The position numbers and the translations under genes are program-made. From Octopus vulgaris (Eukaryota), in contig OX597816.1 of assembly GCA_951406725.2 (NCBI GenBank), positions 682,001 to 746,000 on the forward strand: DNA of 64,000 bases, read 5' to 3'. The notes beneath the pieces are model-generated. The model saw nothing but the letters and a program-made list of their open reading frames with translations, did not search any database and was not told the origin of the DNA. Below are positions 14,629 through 25,989 of the stretch, piece by piece; position 1 is the stretch's first letter; every line of letters starts with the position of its first letter.

Positions 14629-15972
14629 CATACACATACACACACACACATGCATACACACATGAGGCAAAAGCATGGGTGTGTGGTTGAGAAGTTTGCT
14701 TTCCAACCACATGGTTTGGGTTCAGTCCCACTGCATGGCAAATTGAGTAAATGTCTTTCAATAAAGTCTCAGAGTGACTGCAACTTTGTAAATGGATTTG
14801 GTAGATAAAAATTGAAAGAAGCCCATTATATATCCCCATAACACATCTTCTTCTCCATCTTCACTCTCTCTTTCTTCCCCAGCTGGAGTAGCCATATATC
14901 TCCTCCACTGCAAAGACATCTGCTTCTATCTCTCTGTTACACTCTAATCTCTCATCACCTGGCACAAAGCCACTCCCCACAATGCTCAATCCCTCAATTG
15001 AGGGGTCATGTCTTGCAAGTTACTTAGTGATATTGCTAGTGCCATGTTGAAAAAGCTCCCAGTACATTCTGTAAAGGGGTTGAGAAAAGACTCCAGCTAC
15101 AGAAACCATGCCAAAGTAAACAGTAGAGCTTGGCATAAGCTTCTCGCTTACCAGCTCCAGTCAAACTGTCCAACTCATGCTCAGGCAGACATTAAACTAT
15201 GATATCGTATGCACACACACACACACACACATGCATGCATGCATGCATGTGTAACACATGAGTGTGTCTTTTCGTGTTACTATCATACAAGTAGAGTCAT
15301 TTATCTCCAATTTTCTGTGAAAATGTCTGACCATGGGAAAATATAAGCTGACTTGGAAATAGATGAGGGTTGGCAACAGGAAGGGCATCTGGCTGTAGAA
15401 AATCTGCCTTGAATTTTGTTTGACCCATGCAAAAATGGTAAAAGGGACATTGAAATCATAGTGACGATGATGATGATATATATATATATTCATCATCAAA
15501 GGAGTAATCAAATGATATGAACATCTCATATGAAAATCTAATAAGGTTCAAACAACCAGCTGAGGGTGTTCATAATTTTTTCAATCTATTATCATAGATG
15601 CAGGAGTGGCTGTGTGGTAAGAAGCTTGCTTCCCAACCACATGGTTCCAGGTTCAGTCCCACTGCATGGCACCTAGGGCAAGTGCCTTCCACAATAGTCT
15701 CAGGCCAACTAAAGCCTTGTGAGTGGATTTGGTACACAGAAACTGAAAGAAGCCTCTGTGTGTGTATATATACATAGACAATTCAAATAAAAAAAGAAAA
15801 GAAAGAAGTACACAAGCAGTATGTTAGCTTGACACTGAATAAAAGGAGAGAGTTGAACATTTCTAGCAGAGCTCTTCATTGGAAATGAGGAAGGGAAAAG
15901 TCCGAAGAAGGAGGAGGAGGAGAAATCACCAATGAACCACATGTAGTTACATTGCTGAAGACACACAGCTAC

Positions 15973-16020
<48 letters not shown>

Positions 16021-19000
16021 TATATACATATATATATATACACACACATATATATATAAATGCATATATGAGTACAGGACGTCATAAACAATAAACAACA
16101 TGAAATTGAATATGTAAACGAGAGAAACAAATGGAAAACAGGACAAGTAACATAAAGAACGACCCTTCATCAGTTGTCGGCTGCCTCTCTACTCCCCACA
16201 TCTTTGTATTTGCGTTTGTTCCCCCGTCACTTTTGACAACCAGTATTGGTATATTTATATGCCTGTAACTTAGCGATTTGGCAAAAAAGAATGAGTACTA
16301 GGCTCAAGAAATAAGTCCTGGGGGTTGATTTGTTTGAATAAAACCCTTCGAGGCATTGCTCCAGCATGGCCATTGTCAAATGACTGAAACAAGTAAAAAA
16401 AAAAATACACGCACAAACAAATAGATGATCAAAGGATAGCAATACACAGATTGTGATCCAGAAAGGTCAATGGTTAAAACTATAGAGATGAGCCCAAAAG
16501 GTCACAACTGATCTATAAAAAGAAATGACCTTTGAAATTGTTAAAGCAACAGAAACACCAACAATACAGCTGTGTATTTGCTTGTATAAGTGCCTTATTC
16601 TCTGCACAAATCCCCCTTCCTTAACCCAACTCCAATCTCTATTAAGGGGTCTTATCTTGCAAAATTATCAGAAGATTTTCTGATAAGTATTTGGTGTGTG
16701 TTTACAAGATTGAGAAAGACAGAGGTTGTGTGTTATTGCATAACACTCACAATCTCTCTTTCTCACACACACACACAAACATGTACAAAATATATAACCT
16801 AATTTTCCCCTTAGAACCTTAAATAATATTTATTGTTCTCAGTGAATAATAATAACAATAAAAAATAGAAAGTTATCATCAAACATCGGGTAAGTTTGTG
16901 CTAGAAATATGTTATCCCATTATTTCTTGATTACAGGGATATTTTTTAGGTTTTGTTAAAGAAAAATTTTGATTCTGGAGAGAAGGCCTTGTTCATGACC
17001 TGATACAGGGCCTCTGAGGCTGATAGGAGAGGCAAGGAAGAAAACAGGGCCTGCATACTTGTAACAGAGTAAATTCAGTTAAAAGCCGTCAAAGGGTCAG
17101 AACAAACTGGTCCACAGTTAAAGTCTATCACCTGAGTAGACCAGGGTGAGAGTTGAACTCAGAACATAAAAAGTTGGAACAAATACTTCAAGGCATCCAA
17201 CTTTCTTACAACTCCACCAACCCACTGTCTTTGGATTGGAAGATTTTTACTGACCCTGAAGAAACAAAAGGCAGGGTTGACCTTGATAGGTTTTGAGCAA
17301 CAAATACTGTGAAACATTCTACCCGACTCTCAGACATTCTTTACTGTTTAGATTTCCTGTTATTCATATATTTCTCATCAAATAAGTCATCTTTCACTAC
17401 AATGGCATCCCTTTGTCTTTCATCTTTTTGGAGTTGATAAAATAAGTACCAGTTGAGTGAAGGGGCGATTTAATTGACTAACCACCTCCCCCAATTTTTC
17501 AGGACTTGTGCCTATTAGTAGAAAGAATTGGCACATTGGTGCTTGTTCAGTGGTAAAAGTAAATGGTCACCTCTCAAAAGCATTTCATATCTAGAGCTCG
17601 ATCCATCAGAGCTGTCCTTGTCTCTTCTATACATTCTGGCATTTGCTGCAGGGGCTAGGACAGTTGTAAGGCATCCTCTTTGAACTAGGATGCAGGAGAG
17701 CTGTGTTGGCTGATGTTGATGACACCACACTCGTGGTGTCAGACACCGTGGCAGTTCAGGTTGATGATTCCATTTTAAAAGAATACAAGGCAATGGCAGG
17801 AGTTACAATAAACTCAAACAAGTTGCTCAGGTTGTGGCTTGGCAACTGGAGAAGTAAGACTATGCCAACGAACAGCAGAACAGGTTGATCAATAGATGTC
17901 ATCATAAACATAACGCTGAGCACGTGTTTGTTAAAAATTTACATACCATGTACTTGTGATTAAATATTGTTAGCTTACCGGACAAAATGTTTAACAGCAT
18001 TTTGTCCGTCTTTACGTTCTGAGTTCCAAATCCCGCTTTGACTTTCATCCTTTTGGAGTCAATCAAATAAAGTGAAATTAGGGTTAATGTTTACAAGTAC
18101 ACTGCCATGAGAAAATTGACCCTTTTTTTTTCAAAATTTTTTCAGCAGATTCTTATGTTTTCGATGAGAGATTCTGAATATGCCAAAACCATGTTTTCAA
18201 AATTTTCGTTTCCCCCTCCTCACCCCAAATTTTTTAATTTTAACTTTTTTCGAATTTTTTTTTTAATCTACATGGGAAAATATGAAGATTAAGAATATGG
18301 GAAAAAGAAAATAATAAATTTCAAATTTTCTATGAGGAAACTCCAAAACTGATTCATACCCCATACCTCATCACCCCATCCTGCTATCTAAAAGTGAAAA
18401 CGAACAGCTTGCAAATATGAAATGTAAGAGAGCTGTCCTAATGTGAACATAAGTGAGGGTTCAACCATTCTTCTTGGCAGCAGTTAAGAATATGAAGACT
18501 GTGAAAGTCCCTTGTCCATCAGGAGTTATTTCTAAAGTGCATAAAATATGTAGCATATTAGGATACGGCCTAATTTTGTATAGACTTGTTCAGAAACACC
18601 TGCGAGTGGGGAACGGTTCTCAGAAATAACCCCCAATTGTTTTCCCCCCAAATTCCTGTGTCCATGGAATCTACATAGTCCGAGGTATATTTGTAGAGAA
18701 TTTCATTAAAAAATATCCATTTTGTTGGAAGTTAAGACGAATTGAAGTGGACTCAGGTGAATTTTCTGAAATTCCCTATCCGACTCCCTCCTAAGACACT
18801 TTCCCCGCCAACATTTTGTATACTCTTTTACTTGTTTCAGTCATTTGACTGCGGCCATGCTGGAGCACCGCCTTTAATCGAGCAACTCGTCCCCAGGACT
18901 TATTCTTTGTAAGCCCAGTACTTATTCTATCGGTCTCTTTTGCCAAACCGCTAAGTAACAGGGACATAAACACACCGGCATCGGTTGTCAAGCAATGCTA

Positions 19001-19777
19001 GGGAGACAAACACAGACACACAAACACATACACACATATATATACATATATACGACGGGCTTCTTTCAGTTTCCGTCTACCAAATTCACTCACAAGGCTT
19101 TGGTTGGCCCAAGGCTATAGTAGAAGACACTTGCCCAAGGTGTCATGCAGTGGGACTGAACCCGGAACCATGTGGTTGGTAAACAAGCTACTTACCACAC
19201 AGCCACATTCGGAATCTACATGATATAACATATTCGTAGACAATTTCATTAAAAAATATCCATTTTTTTGAAAGTTATGATCATCCAAAGTCGGGTGGGG
19301 GCAGAAATCTGTAGTTATGCCGAGTAATATAGCAAAATTTCATGAAACCCGTTTGATATTCAATGGGAGTCTTTTTATGTGGATCAACGATTCACTCAAT
19401 TTTTTAAAATCCAAATAACAACATTCAAACTCAGACTATAGAAGGCCGATGGATGTTCATCAAGAAGAAGAAAGGTGACACTGTGGAGTTACTCCTTTAC
19501 TTGTTTCAGTCACTTGACTGCGGCCATACTGGAGCACCGCCTTTAAGGGCTTTAGTCGAACGAAATGACCCCGCTAAGTTATGAGAATGTAAACACTGCA
19601 ACATTACTCAAATAGGTTAATATAAGGATCTTCACCCGTTAAAAAAAGCAAATAAAAACAGCCTGCTTGGTGTTAACAAGTGTGTAGAAAACGAATATGA
19701 CAAAAACATTTGTGGGGAGAGGACTTTCGGAAAATTCACAAGATCCGATTTTTCTGTCATAACTTTTGGGGGAAAAT

Positions 19778-19823
<46 letters not shown>

Positions 19824-20205
19824 AATTGCAGCGTGGAAGGTGTTTATAAGCCATTTAAGAAACACACAAAAGCCGTTCGATTCACTCCAACATTTAAGTT
19901 TAATTTGTCAAAATATTTTCGTCGCTAAAATCCGCGACCTGTTCACTGACAAAGTCCGTGCTGCACGGACTTTGTCAGTGAACAGGTCGCGGATTTTAGC
20001 GACGAAAATATTTGCACGATTTGTCAGTGAACAGGTCGCGGATTTAGCGACGAAAATATTTTGACAAATTAAACTTAAATGTTGGAGTGAATCGAACGGC
20101 TTTTGTGTGTTTCTTAAATGGCTTATAAACACCTTCCACGCTGCAATTGTTTTCGTTTCAGCACACGATCTCAGATCAAATTACTTGCTATGCGAGTACA
20201 TCTCC

Positions 20206-20265
<60 letters not shown>

Positions 20266-21866
20266 CACTAACCCCTCCCCTCACAATTCTACGGCCTTGG
20301 CCTTCAAACAGGCTATCCACATGCTAGAAATAACAGCCAAAACTCACAAAACTGAATTGAAACTTTGAGAATGTGATTTTTGAATTTATTTTTTTTCAGA
20401 ATCGGATCCTCCATAACCAAAAACATGGGATTCCGTAAAAAAAAAATCAATATATATCCATTTTCCCGAAAGTTATGACGGAAAAATCGGATCGTCTGCA
20501 TTTTCCGAAAGTCCCCCCCCACCACCACCACCACCATGTTCGTTTGCTCCAACTTCTTTTGACCTCTTCGTTTTTCTAAACACTTGTTAACATCCGACCG
20601 TCAAATAAAGGGCTGGGTTCGAAATTCCACCAGAACACATGATGAAGGCTGGAGAGCAGCACATCAGCCGAAACATTGTAACAAACACGATGAGGACACC
20701 GATGTCTTCCTTGTAAATAATGTACAAGAGCAACAACGGTCAGAAGCGGTCAAAGCCAAACACACGGACATATCGAGGCCGACTTCGGAGTTGGGAAGCA
20801 CCGACAAGTTGGAATTTCTCCGTTTTGACGGAGATTTTTCAGATTTCTTTTCACGGTGCCATTGGAAGTGATCGGGAGTATCTGTTTTATGAAGAAAAAA
20901 AAGGAAACTTATCTTCTCTGGAGCGATCGTGGTCAATTTTGTTGTCACTATGCATTTAAAATCCAGGCAGAACTACAGATTCCTGCCCCACCGACTTTGG
21001 ATGATCATAACTATCAGAAAAATGGATATTTTTAATGAAATTTTCTACGAATATGTTTTATATCATGTAGATTCCGAATATACAAACCTTTTTTGGCGGG
21101 GGAGATGCACATGAACGAAGTCCCATGAAGATTTTATTCTTTCTAAAGGAAGAACACAAACATATTATTGAATATCGTGTTTGCTTCTATCAGGACCGTT
21201 TATCTTTAAAGCGAAAAAGCAAAACCGATGTATAGGACAGGTATGTAAAACATATTTCGCTTGATTTTCTCACACAAAGCCATTCATTTTCCCTTTTAAA
21301 AAGCGGGAAGGTCTATGAATCAATGTTGGAGTTTCCTCATAGAAAGTTTGAAATTAATTATTTTCTTTTTTCCATATTTCGTAGATTGAAAAAAAAGTTA
21401 AAATTTTAAAATTTGAGGAGGGAGGAATTGAAAATTTTGAAAACAGGGTTTTTGGCATCTTCAGAATCCCTGTGATCGAAAACATAGAAGTCCGCTGAAA
21501 AAAATGGTTAATGTTTACAACCTGACCCGGAATGAATGTTAAAAAATATGTCTAGGAAACGAATATGGAAAAACCAAATGCGCGCGAAGCAACGGGAAGG
21601 TGGGAAAAGGACCTTGGAAAGTTCACAAGATCCGAGCTTTTCCTTCATAACTTTTAGGAAAATGGGGTTATTTTTCAATGAAATTTTATAGAAATACCTT
21701 TCAAACGGCACACATTACGATTATAAAGAAATTTGTGGGGAAAAGACTTCGGAAAATTCACAAAATCCGAGTTTTTCCGTTGTAACTGGATATATGTATG
21801 TGTGTGTATATATATGTATATAGATGTATGTAATATATGTATCTCTTTCTCTCTATATATATATAG

Positions 21867-21925
<59 letters not shown>

Positions 21926-23401
21926 GGGAAAGAGAAAGTAATAACGAGTGAATGGCAATAACGACGAAGGGTTAAAAAAAGCGTGAAAATAATTGAAACT
22001 GAAACAAAATTGAAGCCAAAACATTAAAAATTATTGAAAGTGGGTAGAAATAAACAGTCGGTAGTGTAGTAATAACTACCCAAGGGTATCTGTAGAAAGT
22101 TGAATGGGATTTCGGAATATAACGAGGAAAAATTCGCATCTTGGCAATTTTCCAAAACTCATCTCCCCACATCAAGATTTCACCCACAAATTTCTTTATA
22201 ATCGTAATTGCCCTTTCAAAGGTATTTATTTGAAATTTCATTGGAAAAAAAAAACATTTTCCTAAAAGTTATGAGGGAAAAACTCGGATCTTGTGAATTT
22301 TCCGAGGTTCTTTCCTCATCTTCCCGTTGCTTTTGCGCGCATTTTGTTTTCATATTCGTTTCCTACACATTTCTTTTTTTTTACACCTGTTGCACTATTT
22401 TTTTTTTTTTTTCTGATTTTCATTTTCGGGTCAAGTTGTAAATATTAACTAAAAAAATAAAAAGGGTCGATTTTTTCGTGCCGGTGTACTTGTAAACATT
22501 AACGGAAATAAGTACCAGCTGGATACTGGGTCGACTCACCCCCACCCCGAACTTGCTGGCCTTGTTGCCTATAATTCAAATGATTACTACTGTGTAATAA
22601 ACAATTGAACATTTTGGTCAGCAAGCTTTGATCTCTGATTACTTCGAATAAACATTTATTTTCTGTTCTTCTCTTGTGTTCCATCCGTTTCCAGAACTTG
22701 GTGCTATGAATGGGACGGACGGAGGAACTGGATGCTCCACTCACTCCTAACCACCTAACCACACATCTAGAATCATGTGCAATGTTACAAAGTTCTGTTT
22801 AATATGAAAAATTTATAAATCTTTTAAAGAATAATTTATCCGTTACTTTAATCTTCTAAATTTTGACTTTGTCTTGTTAGTCGTCTGTGTTGTTTTATTT
22901 TAAAAATTTGAAGTTTAAGAATATCAAATTTAATATATAATAATATATTTAATCGTTAATTTGTTCAGGAAGTCATAACCTATCCCGTTTTCTCCGAATA
23001 TACATTATAGATTTTATATTCGTACAAATGTTCAATGAAACAAAACTTTGAAACGTATTAAGCTCATCGTTTCCTGGGTCTTCAAACTAATCCAGTCATA
23101 ATTAAGGCAAATCTATAGAAATCGATGCAATTCCACTCACTTCGATATCCGTTATGTCATTCCATTACTTTTTTTTCCCCCTCGTGATGTCAACAGAACT
23201 TTTAAAAGAGGACAAACACTCAGTCGTTTTCCCCTCAAATCGAATCACGAGACAGAAAATATCTACCGCACACATTTTCGTCCAGATACCACAAAACACA
23301 ATGGAAAAGGGGCGGAGGTAAAGAATACGCACACCACCCCGTTTTCGGTGTAACAATAAACCTTATCCTAAACAGCGGGTGTGAATATTCTTAACCTTCG
23401 C

Positions 23402-23447
<46 letters not shown>

Positions 23448-23934
23448 AATACCCATAAATAAATAAATGTGTGCAAAAAGATGATGGGAAAAGGATGTTA
23501 AATTGTTGAACGTATGAATTAAAACAAGAACAAAGTATTGTTTTCCAAGATGAAAAAGGGGCGGAGAAAAGTAATCGGATTACTAAAGAAACTTGAGAAT
23601 AAACACTAAAAACAAACTCTATATTTCTGGTCGAAAAATCTAGGCTCTTATATCAAAAATTGATGAAAATGTTTAAAATATATATCTTTTATTGATTGAT
23701 AGAACGTTTTTTGAAGAAGTTCCAAACTTTTTATGAAGTTTTCTATCCTTAATAGCTCGGTGCTTCGTTGGAGTCTGGGACCAAATGATTAGCTCTGAAT
23801 CAGTATATTTGGAATAAAAACAAAACTAAATTGTTAATCAATAAATTTTTTGAATTAATATCTCGTTAAAAATAGACGAAATTCGAGATAATGACTAACT
23901 TACCAAAGGGGGTGCCGAGATTCCGTGCTGCCAT
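76..23934 (-). CDS. DERA: DERA deoxyribose-phosphate aldolase, 5' part (exons 1-6; gene continues left of the window)
   Basis: join(23904..23934,11194..11291,9019..9166,7278..7376,6911..7045,76..204) on the minus strand. All introns are GT-AG and phase-compatible. Translation: MAARNLGTPFDETWLQNVYMNFPAIQRRANTLGTRRSVKKQWQAAWLLRAVTCIDLTTLSGDDTYSNVDRLCFKAKHP...AAVCVYPNRV...VASVATGFPTGQ...GATEIDIVINR...HLKAILAVGELGSMVNVYKASVVCMMAG. The DLTTL, AAVCVYP, GFP and GATEIDxVI motifs are DeoC/DERA hallmarks. Confidence 0.97.
631..792. repeat. (CA)n microsatellite, interrupted
   Basis: Direct read; explains the HT/CV-repeat ORFs. Confidence 0.98.
1000..1245 (-). mobile_element. tRNA-derived SINE, second family, degenerate
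   Basis: Minus strand begins GAAGGCACATGGCCTAGTTGCTAGG (A-box-like) then GGTTTGATTCTC (B-box-like). Related copies at ~35135-35235 and ~49110-49320. Confidence 0.6.
2138..2465 (-). mobile_element. RTE 3'-end derivative (short LINE tail / SINE-like)
   Basis: (CAT)n tail, CCATGCTGGCATGG near-palindrome and GGATGGTGCTTTT repeat units, all matching the 3'UTR of the long RTE copies. Confidence 0.85.
2715..5175 (-). mobile_element. RTE-clade LINE, 5'-truncated and degenerate, interrupted by the 42-bp array
   Basis: ORFs 4569..5087 (FGFVPGRSTADAIF, AFVDLEKAF, GVHQG, ELLYADD) and 4014..4478 (CxxC...HxxC region, LHGSETW); (CAT)n tail at ~2716. Confidence 0.92.
3068..3697. repeat. 42-bp minisatellite, 14 full units plus 1 partial
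   Basis: Unit AAAGGAACTCAGTCACTTTGCCTCTGTCAGGCCCAAYATTTC; lies within the 3' end of an RTE copy. Confidence 0.97.
5176..6232 (+). mobile_element. CR1-group LINE 3' fragment
   Basis: LQSDLD..QW..DWQL....KC, DLGIIV, LY.AMVRPHLEFASPVWNP, YSERL..LG, WNKLP..VV motifs; ends in an (ATT)n tail. Confidence 0.9.
6911..7045 (-). CDS. DERA: DERA exon 5
   Basis: cacttag|TGGCCACT...TGGAAAG|gtgagt; 135 nt; VATGFPTGQCGLQSRLQEIKQAVTAGATEIDIVINRQLALTGDWKG. Confidence 0.97.
7278..7376 (-). CDS. DERA: DERA exon 4
   Basis: ttcttgcag|ATATTAGA...GCATCTG|gtaagt; 99 nt; DIRTAAVCVYPNRVADCIKALKKANASNIPVAS. Confidence 0.97.
7745..8830 (-). mobile_element. RTE-clade LINE RT fragment with internal duplication
   Basis: ORFs 8382..8831 and 8152..8415 repeat the WxxMQKLGID...GNEYSEEFQV..G.HQ segment twice. 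Confidence 0.9.
9019..9166 (-). CDS. DERA: DERA exon 3
   Basis: gactttcag|GCTGCCTGG...GACAAAG|gtgggt; 148 nt; AAWLLRAVTCIDLTTLSGDDTYSNVDRLCFKAKHPIQTTLLKSLEMLDK. Confidence 0.97.
10030..10335 (+). mobile_element. mariner transposase N-terminal (HTH) remnant
   Basis: Reads approximately DICSVY.ED...FKEGKFNFTD...SGQP..F.E...SSRELAQQMGCSH.T...HLH...KV, with stops. Confidence 0.7.
11194..11291 (-). CDS. DERA: DERA exon 2
   Basis: tctcttcag|AT GAA ACT TGG...AAA CAA TGG CAG|gtaac; 98 nt; DETWLQNVYMNFPAIQRRANTLGTRRSVKKQWQ. Confidence 0.95.
11884..13992 (-). mobile_element. RTE-clade LINE, young, 5'-truncated
   Basis: ORFs 13644..14012, 12705..13589 and 12371..12610 encode RT (NYRGIKLL, GVHQGSVLS, LLYADD) and the C-terminus (RLRWYGHV..GRPRKTW). 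The 3'UTR has repeat units and a (GAT)n tail. (TA)n on both flanks. Confidence 0.96.
14041..14586 (+). mobile_element. RTE 3'-end copy, opposite orientation to its neighbour
   Basis: Starts at the last ORF codons (REKTRQDK), then the full 3'UTR and (GAT)n; (TA)n on both flanks. Confidence 0.93.
15597..16400 (+). mobile_element. tRNA-derived SINE split by a Penelope-like fragment (~15780-16200)
   Basis: SINE head GGAGTGGCTGTGTGGTAAG...GGTTCAGTCCC at 15603-15660 and SINE tail (...GAAACAAGTAAAA) at 16200-16400. The insert has CTGATGAAGG and a decayed CCAATGAAGAGC..GCTAGAAA motif on the minus strand. Confidence 0.75.
17540..17885 (+). mobile_element. L1/Tx1-like RT fragment, old
   Basis: VNGHLSKAF.I..SIHQSCP, ADVDDTT, AGVTINSNK..L.LG.W; same family as 24545-25100. 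Confidence 0.6.
18821..19206 (-). mobile_element. tRNA-derived SINE, main family, near full length
   Basis: Minus strand has A box TGGCTGTGTGG, B box GGTTCAGTCCC, CCTTGGGCAAG core, a central (TA/TG)n and tail GAAACAAGTAAAAGAGTA. Confidence 0.9.
19820..20207. mobile_element. Palindromic element carrying hammerhead motifs (probably Penelope-derived), in (TA)n
   Basis: Inverted arms 19820-19960 and 19964-20152, centred on GTCCGTG-CTG-CACGGAC. A second family member lies at 60160-60437. Confidence 0.75.
19904..19953 (-). ncRNA. Type I hammerhead ribozyme motif, G3-C8 variant, DERA-sense
   Basis: UUUGUCA-GUGAACA-G-GUCGC(GGAUUUUA)GCGAC-GAAA-AUAUUU/UGACAAA: 7-bp stem I, 5-bp stem II, palindromic AAUAUU stem III. 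A complete plus-strand copy is at 20020-20067 and a truncated one at 19971-20013. Confidence 0.7.
21506..22450. mobile_element. Nested Merlin-like TIR element (945 bp)
   Basis: Termini GGTTAATGTTTACAACCTGACCCG and CGGGTCAAGTTGTAAATATTAACT. Perfect 8-bp TSD AAAAAAAT at 21498-21505 and 22451-22458. About 280-bp inverted arms with an internal (GATA)n. Confidence 0.88.
23904..23934 (-). CDS. DERA: DERA exon 1 coding part (MAARNLGTPF-D)
   Basis: Minus strand reads gtcgcgATGGCAGCACGGAATCTCGGCACCCCCTTTG|gtaagt. It is 31 nt, its phase 1 fits exon 2, and it resembles the metazoan DERA N-terminus (MxxxNxGTxxD). Confidence 0.9.
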
Positions 23935-24110
23935 CGCGACGTCTTAATTAACAATTAATTTCATAGAAGCGCATTTATCTCCCTGGTTGGACAGTCAACA
24001 GGATTTACTTCCCCTTAATCAATGGGATACTTGACAATAAAATGTGGCCTTCAAACCATCATTATGGTTTTGCTTTCAACAAATTTCCTGGCGCTTATAC
24101 GAAATAAGGA
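23935..24110 (-). promoter_or_regulatory. Probable DERA 5'UTR and proximal promoter
   Basis: Non-repeat, CpG-retaining sequence just upstream of the ATG. An ETS-like GGAAGT lies on the minus strand near 24007-24012. GGGCGG boxes occur in early intron 1 near 23309 and 23558. The TSS cannot be determined. Confidence 0.45.
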
Positions 24111-24544
24111 AATGAATACTATCCTTCAAAAGAAGAACATTGCTTTAAAAGAAAATTAGAAAACCATTTCCCCCATAAAATTGCATATTTTTTAAATGAA
24201 ATTTTTCCAGGGTACGTTCTTGATACATTATGATTATATTGAGGGTAAATGGAAAACTATTATTCCCTAACTAAACTGGTTTTCGTTATGTTCCCGTTTT
24301 TTATTGAGATTTTCCAAAGATATTTTTGAGGATACAGGTTATGTGAATGAAATATGAAAATGAATTTTTTAGGGGGGAAATAAGGTTGCTGAGGCATACT
24401 TCTGTACCCCTCGACTTTGTTTTCTCATAACTTTCTTTAAAATGCATATTTTTTAATGAAATGTTTGAGTGGCATGTCTCCAATGATGTAGACTACAATT
24501 ATGTGGGAAAAATTGAGAAAAAATTCCTTTTCTTGTAGGATCAT

Positions 24545-25100
24545 TCCAAACTGGATGTCATGCCCATATATGCACCATCCCAAACAAGTCTACCCACGGC
24601 AATCTTGATCTCAAGGGATACATTATAGAAAGGGAAGCTAAAGAACCTGACATGGGTGGGTCATTGATCAATTCAGATCAATCGAAGTCCTTTAAAAGGG
24701 GTGGCCACCTGCACTTGGCTGCTGTCTTCATGGCAGCTGATTTTAGTCCTGTCTTTAGGGGTTCAATCGCTGCAAGGTACAACATCTACTCAGTAGTTAG
24801 TGGAATATAGCAACTTATCGGAGCCCTTTTGTATCATGCCCTCAACCCATCAAGATTGTCCCTTCTCATATATTTTATATGTGCTGACTCTAAAAACTCT
24901 AGTGTGGAAAATAGAAACTTTGAGAAGAATTATTTACAAACTAAGATATGGAAGGCCTGTGTCTGCATATGCAAATGACATCACTGTCACCAAACACATC
25001 CAGGTGATGAATGCAGCTCTAAGTGACCCTGAGACGATGACATGAGCAAAAATTAACCAGGAAAAGGTGGTGGACCTACAGCTAAGCATTAGAAATAAGC
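24545..25100 (+). mobile_element. L1/Tx1-like RT fragment
   Basis: LINSDQSKSF.R..H..L, NLSEPFCI..S.HQDCPFS.ILYVL.L..L, SAYANDITV. Confidence 0.7.
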
Positions 25101-25989
25101 ATCTAACAATTTGCTTATTTTAATGAAATTTTCAAATATATGTTTTTGATAAGGTAGAATCTGTTGATAAAATATAAATACTATTTTTTTAGAGAAACAA
25201 TATCGGTGGATAATACTTTTGTTCTGAAGTGTGACCCTTCAACTTTGTTTTCTTATAATTTTCTTTAAAATGCACATTTTTAAGTGAAATTTTCTAGAGA
25301 TTTGTTTTTTGGGGTGTAAAGTTATTGCACCCTAAAGCAGTCTTTTACCATTGTTGTATCAGTCTTTTGTCACTCTGACAGATATCGTTACATTCCAAAT
25401 TCATCCATCGAATGTTTCTATCTGGCATTGTATAAACCCCAGTTGTACAGGGTTATTATCCTCAAAAGGTTGGATCATTATTACATCCACTCAGTAGTAT
25501 CATAGAATAATTACTATATCAGCACAGACACGACTATCAACACAGTCTGCATGTACTCACCTTGATACTGGCCAACGTCACTTTACTTATAGTGAGTGGC
25601 TTATTCCGCTCATCACATGGGAGGGGGTCCACTAATATTACTAATTCCTTACAACAAAAGTACCATTGCCTTGGTAAGATTTAAAAAGAAATTTAATCAT
25701 GTCTTTTGCCATCAAAAACATATCTATGGAAAATTTCCTTAATAATCATGCATTGAAAACTGTTTTTTCAGTAATTACACCACAACCACACACAGTCATA
25801 ATCTAGGACATTTAAAATGTACTTTTGGAAAGCTTCATAAAAAATATGTTTAGGAATGTTAAGAAGAAACAATTTCATTCATTCAGTTTCTGTACAAAAC
25901 ACATAACATATTTGTTGTATTTATATGTGTAAAATCTTAGGATCACCACCCTCAAACTTTAACAATTTCTTGCACTTCTCTTGTGTGCA

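Larger units (their letters stand above)
18082..22504. mobile_element. Non-autonomous long-TIR (foldback) DNA transposon, Merlin-like, with nested insertions
   Basis: Left end GGTTAATGTTTACAAGTACACTGCCATGAGAAAATTGACCCTTTTT matches the reverse complement of 22455-22504. Imperfect 8-bp TSD GAAATTAG/GAAATAAG. It interrupts a SINE-like repeat and has further internal inverted arms. Confidence 0.85.

Noticed and set aside
15600-15680. tRNA-like A and B boxes as tRNA genes
   Set aside because: They are heads of multi-copy SINEs with no complete cloverleaf.
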